DNA of 64,000 bases from Euglena gracilis (Eukaryota): positions 38,897,816-38,961,815 of the forward strand of contig CP154954.1 in assembly GCA_039621445.1 (NCBI GenBank), in the 5' to 3' direction. The translations under genes were made by a program, and so were the position numbers. The first letter of the stretch is position 1; every line of letters starts with the position of its first letter. The notes under the pieces were generated by a model, which was given only the letters and a program-made list of their open reading frames with translations, was not told where the DNA came from and ran no database searches. Shown in pieces: positions 1 through 13,500 of this stretch.

Positions 1-975
1 GCTCTTCTTCAGTGCCATGGCTCCTCCCCGCACCCCCAACAGAGCACCTCCATTTCAGCCTTTGGCCCCACTCCTGTATTCAGAGAATTGGTGCATTTCT
101 CACAGTGCATCTCTTAAGCGGTAAATTGGAGGGGGACGCATGAGACACACGGTGGTGCCGAACGATTTGCAGGGAACGGCAACGTTCTTCTTCGTTCGTG
201 GCAACCTTTCTTGTGGGCTTGCATTTGAGCACAAATGCCTTGTTGTGAAGCAGTTCAGGGGGGAGTTCATATGCTTCTTCCGAACATCTTGTTTGCCACA
301 CTCACTTGTTCCTTCAGCAATGGAATGCATGCTGTCGGCGGTTGAAAGCCTGCTGTGCACAGAAGATTCAAACTGGATCATTGATTTGAACGGTGTGCGC
401 CTCCACCACTGTGCGGGGAGAGAGTATGGAGGTCCTGCACCACATTGAAACATATCCAGGAGAGGGGGGGATTGGGCTCGACCAAGTTCAGCCCATTGAC
501 CTCCTGCCATCTCCCTTTGTCCTTGAACCAGGGTGGTCATTCTTCAGGCAGCCAGGAGACCAAGGAGGGGGGAGGGGGTCAGCCCTCCACCAAAAAGGGC
601 ATCCTCCTAGCAACGTTTTGCAGTGTGATTTTCCCTAAAGAGAGTTGGTTTTATCTCCGGAAAGAAAGTCACGGCTGATTTGGCTTCTTCCTCAGTCAGT
701 GGCACGGGAGTCCACCGTCTGGTCATGGCAACTGGAATTCTCCGCCGACTCCCAACCCAAAAAGGAATTTCAATTCCAGTTTCGATGCAGATTCGATCGC
801 TTGGTCGGCAGACACCCGGGGCCCAGCACCCCATTGCACAAGGCACCCCCCTCCCTGGGGTTGGCAAAAGGAGCAGCCTGGTCTACGCTTTCGGGGGCTG
901 CCCTCTCCTTGCCGGTGGTGCAAGACCACCCCCTGCGGTCCGAAGGTTTACGTGCCACACATTATGTACCTGCAG

Positions 976-3900
976 ACCTGGGCTTTGGCGTGAATGGAGC
1001 AGCACACCTGGGCGAGGTGCTGAGGGGGAACAGCACCGTGCAGAAGCTCCGCATCTGGAGTGTGCCAGTGAAACGACACGCGTGCTCTGATTCGCATCCT
1101 GGGCCATCTTTTCTTTGGGTCATCCACTTAAGGTCCTTTCAAGCAAAAACAAGGGGAACATCCGAAAATACCAACGTCAAGTTTAGGGAGTTTGAAATTG
1201 GTCACATAATGGCCACCCCACACCACCATCATCTGCAGTTTCAGTGATGCGCTGATGAACCTATGCATTTTTTCCGTGCAGGTGCAATTGACCCCCAAAA
1301 CAGTGGCACAGCAAGTTGGACCACTGGACCGAAAAAAAATACCCTCATACTGGCCAAAAAATGCTGGGTTGGGTAAATCCCCCCTAATAATAAACCCACC
1401 CGGTTTATTATTTGGACACCTGAAGTCGGGGTCCGGGGGGGGGGGGGTTATTATTTGGGGGGGTTTATTATTTGGGAAAAAAATTCGAGGTCAAAATTCG
1501 ACCAGAAACCCCCTACACAGGCTCCAATGGTCACTTTTTTGGCACTTTTGGGCTTTTTTTGAAAATTGGGTGCTTTTTTGGCATATTTTCTGCACCAATT
1601 TGATCTATTTTTGTGATTTTTTGCAACATTTCTGCTAATTTTTTACTCTTTTTTTCTTTGCCCTCACACCTGCCAGAGGGGGGGGGTTATTATTTGGGCG
1701 GCCGATTATTATTTGGGCGACCTCAAGGGGGGTTTATTATTTGGGGGGGGGGTTATTATTTGGGGGGGGTTACGTTTTCGAGAAGGCATGCGAGAGATCC
1801 GTTAAAAAAAGCGGTGCAAAACACCAGAGGGAGAAAAACCTGACCCTTTTCTCGTACCCCTCTGCTCGTTTCAGATAACGGCATCGGCCCTGAGGGGGCC
1901 CGGCACCTGGCAGAGGTGCTGAAGGTGAATGCCACCCTGCAGGAGATCTATCTGGACCGTGTGCCCTCCCCGCCTTTTGCTGTTCTTCCCCTTTCTGTTG
2001 CTCGCTTTGAACTTTTTTTTTTAAAAAAGACTACCGCATTTCCTCAGGGACCCAGTCGAGGCAAATGCTGTCAATTTCTTGAAACTCCATTTTGCATCCA
2101 ACCTCCCTCAACCAAACGGCTCATCTAGGTGTATCACGAAGCTCACCGCTTACAAAAACCATTTCTTTGTTTCTGACCGCATCAGCAAACTCCACACCGA
2201 TGAATTTTTCATGTAATTTTTGTCTGCCAAATCTGTGTCATTTCACCCACTTTCCCCTATTTCCACATCGCCAAAGATCACCAATTTGGCACGCCAGAAG
2301 CTCCAGGTTGCGGTCATTTCTCTCTCCACCCCAAGAAATGTGCTGTTCTCCAGTGCTTGAGACTGCATTGGGGCATTTAAAGTGCAGTTTTGGCAGAGAG
2401 GTTATCCAGTCGGTGCACACAAAGCAACCCACCCCCGGGGGCCTCACCTCAGGGTCTGCCCCGGGGGTCCAGACCCGGCCAGGAATCCCGCCCCTCCCTT
2501 CCCTCTGTCCTCCGCCCCCCCCTCCTTCAGGCAACGACATTGGCCCCGAGGGGGCCCGGCGCCTGGCGGCCGCCCTGGAGCGGAACGTCACACTGCGGGA
2601 GATCCACCTGTATGGTGCGCCGCCCGCCAACGCTCTCTGTTTCTGGGTGGGGCTGCCAGGGTTGCCGTTCAGGCAGATGCGGGCACTTTTTTTTTTGTTG
2701 AAAAAGTTGCTTTTTTAGGCCATCATGCATTTAAAGTTGCTCGTTTGGTCTGAATGACGACGCTGAGGTGTGGTTGGGGACAGTGATTCCCCAGTCACAT
2801 ACGACATGATGCAGCTTGTGCGATGAGATAATGGCTGTTTCCCCAGTATTGTTTGTTGGGGGAAAGAGCCGAGGCCGAAACTAACAGAAAATCAATTCGA
2901 ACCGTTCATGTCTTTTTTTGAAGGCATTAAAGACACACCGTCATGAAGGCGCACATCGACTTTGGCGGGAGTGTCTCAGCCCAGCACCCATTGGCTAACA
3001 GCCTTAAATGGGAAAATTTGTGGCCTGAAATTTTTTGCCATTATCCATCGAGTGTTAATGCCATTGTGTGGTCAAGGTTGGGTTTTGTTTTTGTATTTTT
3101 TGGGGGGGTCCCAAAATCGGCCCAAAATTTTTGGGGGGGGTACCCAAAAATCAAAAAATTGGGTCTCCATTGACGATGAGAGAAAACCATGGAAAACAAT
3201 GGTCGACCACATGAAAAACACTGGCCCTTCCCATGAGTTGTTCCGAAGGTCATCATTTACGGCGCTGGGTCCGGGAGGACAAAAACATCGTTTCGGGCAA
3301 AAAATTTCCGATTTTTCCCGACTTTTTTGGCCCAAAACTGGCCGAAAACGGCTAAGTCAAAACAGGCCAAAACTGTACAAATTGGTCAAAATTAGCCGAA
3401 AAATGGCGATGACTCGGGTCAGTCTCCGGACGTTTCCTTTGATTCCCCACCATTTTCGAGAAATTTCAGAAAAATTTGAGAAGCGTCGCCCAGCAAGCTT
3501 TAATTGACGAGCTGCTTTCGAGGAAAACCTGTTTTTGAGTCGAAAATGAGCGTTTTCCCACCCCCGGGCACCCGTTTTTGGCCTGAACCATGGAGTTTGG
3601 GTCAAAAAAAACGGGTCAAAAAAGGCGGAAAAAATCGAAAAATTTTATTTGTTCTTTCGATGTTTTTTTGGCCTGCTGGCCTGCCGGAAACCCTGTTTTT
3701 GAGCCGAAAACGAGCGTTTTTCGACCCCCCAGCGCCCCGTTTTTGCCCAAACTCATGGAGTGGTGGTTGCGAAATCCGTGGCCTTGACAATGTGGTCACA
3801 AGGGACACGGTTGACAACCCCCTCAACAATGGCTTTGTGGGACAACAAACATTTGTATATTTGCCCTTTCCATGAGGAGGGCAAGTCTGGCAAATCTATT

Positions 3901-6900
3901 GAACTCCTGTCCACAGCTTTGTAGAATCTCTTGAAAGAAGCCACAAAGAAAGGGCTGTGTTGATGAGAAAAAAAATTCAAACAAACCCCCAAAGTACAAA
4001 TTTTGGGGGGTTTTTGGGGGGGTACCCCAAAGGCAAATTTTAGGGGGACCCAAAACCCAAAACCCAACCTTGGTGTCACATATGGCACAAAGTGGGGCCC
4101 CCATACCTAGGGTATGGGGGGGTATGGGGGGGTATGGGGGGGTATGGGGGTATGGGAAGGGTTTGGAGATGTTGTTGATGAGGTTTATGGCCCCTGGAAC
4201 AGTTGCATACATCGCGCGATTTGACCACAAAGCGCGATTTGACCACAAAGCACGATTTGGCCACAAAAAAAGATCGGTAGACAAGGATGAGGTTATTTTT
4301 TTGCCGGGGGGGGGGGTCCAGGGGGTTTTCGACTTTTTTTGACCCTTTTTTGGACCCAACCACCATGGGATTCGGGTCAAAAACGGGCCGCCGTCAGGTC
4401 GAAAACCGCTCATTTTCGGCTCAAAAACACGTTTTCCGGGTCTGGGAGGCTGAAAAACATGGTTTCGGATCAAAAAAAATTTCGGCCTTTTTTCGACTTT
4501 TTTGACCCGTTCTTGACCCAAATACCATGCATGGGTTTCGGACCAAAAACTGGGCGCCGGGGGGCCGACAGACACTCAATTTCGGCTTGTCCAGGAGGCC
4601 AAAAAAACATTCTTCCGGGCAAAAAGAATTTTTGGGGTATGGGGGGGTATGGGGGTATGGGGTGTGGGGTATGGGGGTATGGGGGGTATGGGGTATGGGG
4701 GCCCCATTTTGTGCCATGACTCCTTGGTGTGGTGATTCAATTGTCCAAAATTGCAATTTCTGGTTGTAAGGTCTTTTGTTGTTTCAGGGGTCAACATGTT
4801 GGTAGGAAGCAACATTTGTGGGTTCTGAGTGCTTGATCCGTCAGTTCAGGACACAGAGAGAGGCAGAGGGTGGTGGATGCGGGCGGCATAATCCCGGGTT
4901 AGGGATAGAATTGGGGTTAGAATGGGCTTTGGTATTTTGCTGAAAATCTGGCTGGGGGGTCTTATTTCCGGGGGGGGGGGGGTTCTCATTTTTTGTTGGG
5001 GGGGCTTTGGCTGGGAGTTTATGGCACTCTCCCAAACCGTGGAAACCCACCTTCCCAGGTCCAGCCAGCCGCCCTTTGGGTGGCTGGGCGGTAACAGATT
5101 TTTGGCACTGACGGCTGCAAAAACGGCCCAAAAACAGGTCAAAATGGGAGAAAATGGGTCGAAAAGGGGCTGTTTAGGGCAATTTCGGGGTCAAATTCAA
5201 AATGGCATTTTTTTTTGCAGACTTGGCAGTTATTGAGAGCTTTTTTTTTCAATTTCGATTTTTTGGGTACCCGGTGTGATGGGTCAGGCCTAGTTCCAGC
5301 CCAGGACCGGTCAGCCAGCAGCCAGCCGCAGCCAGCCATTTTCCAGCCAGCCCAGATTTTCCAGCCGCCCCCCCCCCGGGTCTTTGGGCGGCCCCCTGGG
5401 CCGCTCTTCCCCCCCCCTGGGTCCTGGGCGGACCCCGGGGGGTCGTTTAAAAACGCCCTGGTTTCCGCGTATTTTGACCATATATGTTTAGGGTCAATTT
5501 GGGTCGGGAGATTGATGTCTGCAATTTCCTGCAGTCTTCTGCAGTTTTCTAGAGTTTTCCACAATTTTTGTGCATTTTTCCCCTTTTCCGACATTCCCCG
5601 AATCGTTCACAAGTGAACGCAAGTATTCTTTTCGCTAATTTTCTAGCAAATTTTCCAATTTGGGCGAATTTGCAGGTGTTTGGCTTCCTTGTTGTTGTTT
5701 TTTTATTTCGATTCCTGCAATGAAATGATTTCTATTTAGAAAGGTTCTCCTCCTGGCGCAGATTTTTCCCTCGGACACCTTTTGCCCTGTGTATTAGTGT
5801 GTATCGTTGGTACCAGGCTGTTTTGGGGCATTTTGGGCCATTATCCACCACTTGGGAGCATTTTCCATCATTGTCTGTCAGAAATCCTAAATAGCAAAAC
5901 TGGTTTCCAGCCACACATCCACCATTCCTGCCTACTGATTCATCTCATATTCCTGCATATTTTAGCCAAGTGTTTTTTCGGGCCCCCATTTTGCACATTC
6001 TTTATGCCATGTCACAGTCAGCCATTATTGGGCTTTTTTTTATTTGTTTTCGTATTTTGGCCATCTCGGGCCATTATCATCGAGTGGTGGGCGTCCTTCC
6101 TCTGACCCTATATATGCAAAAAAAATTGGTGCCTAATCGCTCCTCTTTGCACTGCACCATTGATTCAGGAGCCGAGAGGCGGGTGGGAAGACCCCTTCCC
6201 TTTCCCTCCCTGTGTTGCTGCCGCCCGCAGGCAATGGCATCGGCCCCGAAGGCGCCCAGCACCTGGCGGCCCTCCTGAAGGTCACCACCACGCTACAGGA
6301 GATCTACCTGGGGTGTATGCCGCCCGGGTAGGATGCAGGGGGGGATATGCAAGTTGCATAATTGCATTTTTTTGCATTATAAAATTTTTTGAAAAGTCGC
6401 TTTTTTTTGCTTTTTTTGCTTTTTTTTGCACATTTTGTCTTTCTGATTTTTTTCCAGGCATCTGCACAGGCAAAGCAGGCAAAATTGCTCCACTCCCAGA
6501 CTACTGGAAGTTGCACACTACACGTCTTGGACCTAATTCACATTCAGCAGTTGCAAAATGAAATATAAGTGAATGCAATTAGGTGAACCACCATGTGATG
6601 TTGCAGTTTGCACCCACATTTACCTTTGGTGTTGCATTTTTGGAACAGGTCAAAATTTTCCAAGCCCTCTCCGGGTGGAAAAGTGCACAGCCCTGGGGAG
6701 CTCCTAAAGGAGTTTACATGCATCTTGCATTTTTTTTGCATTTTTTGCATTCTTTGCACTTTTTTTTTTGCGTTCCATACTTTGAGGAGCTTTGTTGCAT
6801 ATTCCCCCCCCCCTGCGGAATGGGGGTAAATCTATGAAATTATTTTCTTCGCTTTTAAAAAAAAGTTTTTATTCTGTTCATGTTGTCAATAATAACAGTA

Positions 6901-7470
6901 CCACAAATAGAGTCTTGTCTCGGTGGGGCATTTTTCTTTGTAAGATGCTACTGTCTTGAAATTGTGGTGCTCATAATTGCTGGGCTGATATCCTGTTTAG
7001 GGCTTGGCATTTTTTCCTTTGAGTGATGCACTGGTTGGCACTGGTTCACACCTGCTGAAATCTGCTAAATTTATTGTGTGATTTACCTTGAGGTGAAAAG
7101 ATTTTTTAGAGTTTCCAAATTTTCAGGGTTTTCGGATCTTTCAAATTTTCTTTCCTGTGTTTTCGCCCTCCCCGAAAATGACCAATACCTGTTGGGTGCC
7201 GGATGCATTTTGAAACCCAAAATGACTGCCGCCCCCTCCAGGCTGTCGGTGGGTGGCTTCCAGACTCTTGGGTCCAGCGGATTGAGAGGCTTCCACTCAC
7301 CTCCCCCAGGCAACAACATCGGGCCTGGTGGAATAGAGGACCTGGCGGCAGCCCTGCGGCAGAATGCAACCGTGCAGGAGATCTCCTTGGAAGGTATGCG
7401 TTGAATATTGGGATGGGTGGAATGAATGACCTAATATACTCCGGCTGAACAACACCAGAAGGTTTTTACA

Positions 7471-7517
<47 letters not shown>

Positions 7518-10500
7518 GCAAATTTCCCCATTGACTTTGGGACACCCACACGTCAACAAGAATCTGAGTTCCTTTGTCCATTTTGTGCAAAGGAACCATT
7601 TTAAACCAACCAACGTCCTCGGATGCCAGTCTGTTTGGAGGGGAAGTTAATGCCTGAAAGTGTGGCATTGCCTGAATTCCTGTGGTGCTGGATCCCTCCC
7701 CATGGACGTTGCGGGGATTTTTGAGTAAGTTCCCCCTGCCCAATTGCGCAAAGGAACATGGTTCTTTGCACAATTGCACAAGTGGCTCGCAATTTACAAG
7801 TGGCAAAATGGTTGTTTTTTTTCAGACTCAACTGCCGAAGCCCAAATTTTGCACCCAATAGGTGAGTCTTTTGTCATATTCAATGTTTTTGTGATTCGAG
7901 TGCCCAGGTATTTGCAAAATCATCTGAATGGACCCTTTGGGCAATTGCAGGAACCTTCTGTTTGAGCAGTTGCCGGACGGCAATTTTTTTTTCAAAGGTC
8001 AACGTGCATGGCATCATGAAGGGCTCACCTGCCCCAAATTGTTCCAGCACCATCCCAAATTGATGAGGCAGTCGTCGGTGGGTTCCAAGACACATCTTAG
8101 GCGTATATGTCCGGTCAGCTGCGGGGACATCTGCTCTGCATATATTTTGCGGGTCTGGGTGCCACTTAACCCCCCCAAATACAATGTAAACCCTCCAAGT
8201 ACAACCTCCCCAAGTTTATAAACAAACCCCTACAGGGGTTTGAATTTTCGCTCAACACAAAGACAGGATTTTTAAATTGGGGGGGGTTAATTGGAATTTT
8301 CAAAAGATGGTATTTTTGCACAATCACATGAAGGAAACCTAGGCTGCCTATGAAAAAGAAGTTGATGCCTCCCTCAAAATCTGACCCCCTTCTTGGGAAT
8401 TTTTGACGACCAGAATTCCCTCTCAAACCTCTAAGAAAGGCACATTTTGATTTGCGTTGTATTTTTATGCCATCCATTCTGCCTCTTTTTGTCGTCTCTC
8501 CCACCTCCACGAAAGGCAAAAGTATTTTTTTGTAGGTCAGTTTCTGAAACCTTGAAAACTTGAAAAGTTGCACGGCTCCTCCAGGGAGGGCACTGAATCA
8601 CGGGGAAAATTGTTGATGAAAATATTTTTTTTTCAAAATTGCGATGCAGTAAGTTTTTCTACCAACGTGTACTAGAGCGAGGTCTGTGCCACATAAAAAT
8701 GCCCAAAGTGGCCCAAAATGGCGAAAAATGGTCTAAAAGGAAGGAAAGGCACCCAAGTAGTATGAAATGCCCAAATTGAGCGTAAAGTGTGCGGTCAAAT
8801 TATGCGGGAATGAGCAGAGATGCTGCCAAAAAAAAACTCCTACAAAACCCCCGGAATGTGCCTAAATCTGCACAAAATATGCAAAATATGTGTTTTTGGT
8901 CAAAAAAGAGAAATTTATTTTAAATTTGCAAAAAAAAATAGTTTGGAAAGATTGTGGTAGACACCTGGTGGACACCTGCTTTATCAGCTGTCTTTGATTT
9001 TCTGTCTTCTGTTTTTTTGTGAATTGCGGACAATTTTTTTTTTACAAATCTGCATTTTTGTGATTTGATCTGTGCCGGCAAAAATTTTGTGAATTAATGC
9101 ATTCTTTGATTTGCAGCAAGCAAGGAGTGGTCTAATGGGCCATTTTTGGGGCCACTTTGGGCCACTCTACGCCATATTTGGGTTCATTTTCTGCATTCTC
9201 CGTCACAAACTGGTTTTAACTAGCCCAAAACAAAATTGGTTTCCAACCAAACATTTTTTCCCATTTGACCATTTCCGCATATTTTTAGCCGATTCATTTT
9301 TCTGCTCATTTTCGGCCCTTCCGCGCAATTTTGGGCCCCATTTTATACATTTTTTTTGGCCACGGTCCGTTTTCGGTAAATTTGGCCATTTTGGGAACAG
9401 TAGACCGCTTTTTGGCTTTTTATGGTAATTTTTTCTCTCTGTAAAATGACTCTGCATGGTCAATAATGGTAAATAATTGCTGAGACGGCCCAAACTGGCT
9501 TGAAATGGCCCCAAAAATGACTCAAAACAGTCAACATTGTCAAAGTTGGCCAAAAATGGTTGACGACAGCCCTAAATGGAATCAAGTTGGTGCAAAATGG
9601 CATGAAATGAATTAAAGGGTGGGTGGCCAAAGATGTCCCAGTTTTGGAAAAATCATATATTATCCGCATATTCTTCCGTATATTAAGTGCATATTTTAGT
9701 GCATATTTAGGGGGGCCTTTTAGCGCATATTCCAAGCATATTGCTTGCTAATCACATTTTAAGTTCGGCACATTTTTTTTGTGAAATTTTCTTTTTGTAA
9801 AGCATTTCTTGGTGGCATTGTCTCAAATGGATTAAGAAAAGGTCACTGGATTTGGGAGCCCCAAAAGCGTGTGTACAAAATGCCCATCCCCCCATACCCC
9901 CAGGGTTTATTTCCATGGTATGCTATACATGGGACTGGGTGTTGCCTTTTCTCATATCTGGTCTGTGGTTGTTTCCCCAAAAAAGTTTTCTGCCACATGG
10001 CCACATTGCGGGAATGTCTCCTGCTGCGGCCGAATTCGCACTTAAGCTTTTTTCCTTTTGATGCGCGCATTTGCGCAAATTTACGATTTTTTTGTAACCC
10101 CTGGGACCCTGTACCCTGACACCCGGAACACGATTTAAGAGCTATGACACCCCTCCACTGGAGGGGATTGACTGCCAGTGGTCTGGTGTGCATGCTGCTT
10201 ACCGGGTGACGTTAATAGGACGGAGGGTGAGACTTGGGCTGTTGTACATTGAACGGGAGAGAGGCACACACCCCTTGTGACGACACTTGGAAATGGTGCT
10301 GACGTGCTGCCTGAACTGGCTTGAATACTACCGCCACCGGTAAGGACACACTGAGTCTCACTAGATAACAACACCACAGGCACACAGACTGCGTGAGGCA
10401 GTCATCACGCAATTGATGTGTGTTTGTGCGTGCAATTGCGCAAATAAAAACAATTGTGTTTGATGCGCGCATTTGCGCAAATAAAACGTCCACCGATGAT

Positions 10501-13500
10501 GGTAAAATGACGTGTTTATGGGCGCAAATGCGCGCACAAACAATTTTTTTTATGTGCGCATTTGCGCAAATGCGCACACCAACAAATGCGTTTGATGCGC
10601 GCATTTCCGCCCACCAAACACGTACGTTTTCCTTCCATGTTAAAAGACATCATAAGGACCACGAACTAGAAGGTTTAAAAACGTTATGGACGTGTGGGTG
10701 CGCGCAATTGCGCAAATAAACACACTTCTGTTGATGCGCGCATTTGCGCAAATGCGCGCATAAACACGTTAATAAACCGCTTCAAAATGATGTGTTTGTA
10801 GGGCCCTTAGAGCACATAAACAAAGTTTGTTTATTTGCGCAAATGCGCGCATCAAAACACATCAGTTGTGGGATACCATCTCCTGCTCCGTGACGGCTGG
10901 CGAACGCAACTCCTCACGCCAACCATTGATTTGCACCAAGAATACGTGGTGATGAAATTGGTGGTGAGAGGCAGTGTGGAGTGTTCACTGGAACACGGCA
11001 TGTGACTGGCCAAGATTTGCCTGCCTTGCGTGTGTACATGTGCACTGCTGTTCCCCGGCCCGAACGGCCTGTTGTTTTGGCGTCATGCGTTTGGCAATTA
11101 AATGTAATGAATTGATGACGTGCAAACGACCTGTGACTGTTGAACACCTTTTGTGCAACAAGACTGCGTTACAAGAAGTCAAAATTTGGCACCTGAAACA
11201 CCCGGGACGTGTCGGGCCGTAGTCCGTTTTATGGTTTTCTTTGCCATTTTTCCCTTGAAAATGTAAAAAACATCGGTTTTTGTGCACAATTTGGGGGGAG
11301 TGGGTCCCACCGCTTTGACACGACCAACCCAGTGGTGGTGGTTCACCACTTCCTTGTACCCAAAATAACGGGTGTTTGAGGGCCACCTCTCTCCAGCTGT
11401 TGGTTGCCATACACTGGCACCACGGCATCCCCCCAGTCTTACACCCCGGTGGCGGGGTATAACGTGGCCGCTGTGGTGGGTGTCGTTGCACCGGGGAGGT
11501 CGATGCCGGCCTGCTGGGTGCTGAAGCATCAGCAGCTGATGGGGCTGCAGCGGCGGAGCCGAAGCCGCAGGCCAGCCGCAGGGCGCTTGGGAAGCAAAAA
11601 TTGGTGCCGGTGGGCGTGCACCGTTACTGGGTGGCTGTGAACCCACCATCAAAAGATGCTATGTCTCCATCTTTTGTCGGGCCTGTCGATGGTCCAAAAA
11701 CGGCACCATAACCCCATATCCCGGAGGGGACGGTGTAGTCATTTGGGTTGAACCCACTCAGAAGCCACTAAGGGTGGCTGTAGGAGCGCCAAAGGAAGTC
11801 ACTTATTACTCCTCCATTGGTGGTTTACTTGCGCATTTGCGCGCATCACGTTGTTTTATGGACGCAAGTGCGCAAATAAAACAGATGTAAACTGAACCAT
11901 TTACATCTGTTTTATTTGCGCATTTGCGCCCACAAGCAACGTGATGCGCGCAAATGCGCAAGTAAACCACTTCCGCTGTCGGTGTTTGACGGCTGTGTTT
12001 CTGTCACACCGTTCTTCTTTGCGTTCATTTGCGCAAATGCGCGCATCAAACACAAAACATTTTTATGCGCGCATTTGCGCAGATGCGCGCATAAAAATGT
12101 TTTGTGTTTGATGCGCGCATCTGCGCCCATAAGCTTGCGCGTTGACAAACAGTGTGGCAAACCCACCAACTGGATGGCCCGTCAGTCCGTGCCGTCACGG
12201 CCTCTTTGTCACACCGTTTATCAGCAGCGTCAGTTCGTGGGTACCAAAGCCCAATCCTTGAAGGACATGTTTGTGTTTATTTGCGCAATTGCGCGCATCA
12301 ACATAAACATGTTGGTGCGCGCATTTGCGCGCATCAAACGTAATTTTGTCCTTCTAGCGTTGGGCTTCTTCTGCAGGGTTCTTTGCCACACCACTGGTTG
12401 TGTGGGTCCTGGGTATAAGCCGGGTGGGAGACACCCGTCCCCTTTATTCCCCTCATTCCCTGCGGACCCCGTTCCTTCCCCCTCTGCGCACCCCTTGCCC
12501 AACACCCCGTACTTACCTTCCTTCCCCTGCGTCCTTCCCGCCGGCTTGGTCACACCACACCCACACCCCCCGGACCTTCCTCCCTGCACTTCAACAAACA
12601 GCCCAAAAACACCACACCAAGGCGCCGCAAGCAACGCAGTCCGGCAAACACCCAGGATGCACACCGCCGGCAGCTCGGACACACCCGGGGACACAGTCGA
12701 AAGAAGCAATAGGGGCAGTAAAGGTCCCGTTCCTATGGTGCTTTTTTGCGTTTTTTTCAGGGTGGGCCGGCAGGGTCCCGTAGGTTTGGGCCCACAAAGT
12801 CCTTCCCGACACCCCCAAAAATCACTGTTTTTCGCCAAAGTCCCGGGGGTCTCCCAGCCAAAATCAGAATTTCGCTCGTTTTTTGCACTCTCTTGTCCAC
12901 GTGTTTTCAAACCCCCCTGACCTTCACAGCCGAAACAGAGCACAATCAAAAACATCGTAAATTTGCGCAAATGCGCGCATCAAACGAAAAAAGCTTAAGT
13001 GCGAATTAGGCCGCCTAAGGTCCTGTGACTCCACAATTCACGGTGCATTTCTCGTGGTCACAATTGCCTGCTTTTGTTCGCCTCTCCTCCCCTGCCCAAC
13101 ACACTCTTTCGCCTTTCGGTGGCGCGTGTCAGACAACGGCCTTGGTGTTGACGGAGCCCAACACCTGGCAGCTGCCCTGAAGGAGAATACCACGCTGCTG
13201 GAGATACAGCTTTCCAGTATGCCTTTCGAAATAGACACACACACACACACGTATATGCGCACCCTCGGTTTTCCTCGAGGCCATTTTGGCCGTCCCCATC
13301 CAACCCAGAGCAAGTTCTACATTTTCGATTTCTGGGTGTATGGGAGTATTTATGGGTGTTTCATCTGGGCAGGGGGGATGACGGGTCATTTAAGAGGGGC
13401 ACCGCCGCAGGTTGGACCCGGGGGGGGGGCGAATGGCTCTACCGTGGTTTTCTTTGAGACCTCCACCTCGGAAGGGCGGTCCATCCAGCCAGTGGGAGAA

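Noticed and set aside
1-960. Possible upstream LRR exons or minus-strand ORFs
   Set aside because: No 84-bp LRR exon or identifiable domain found; left unannotated.
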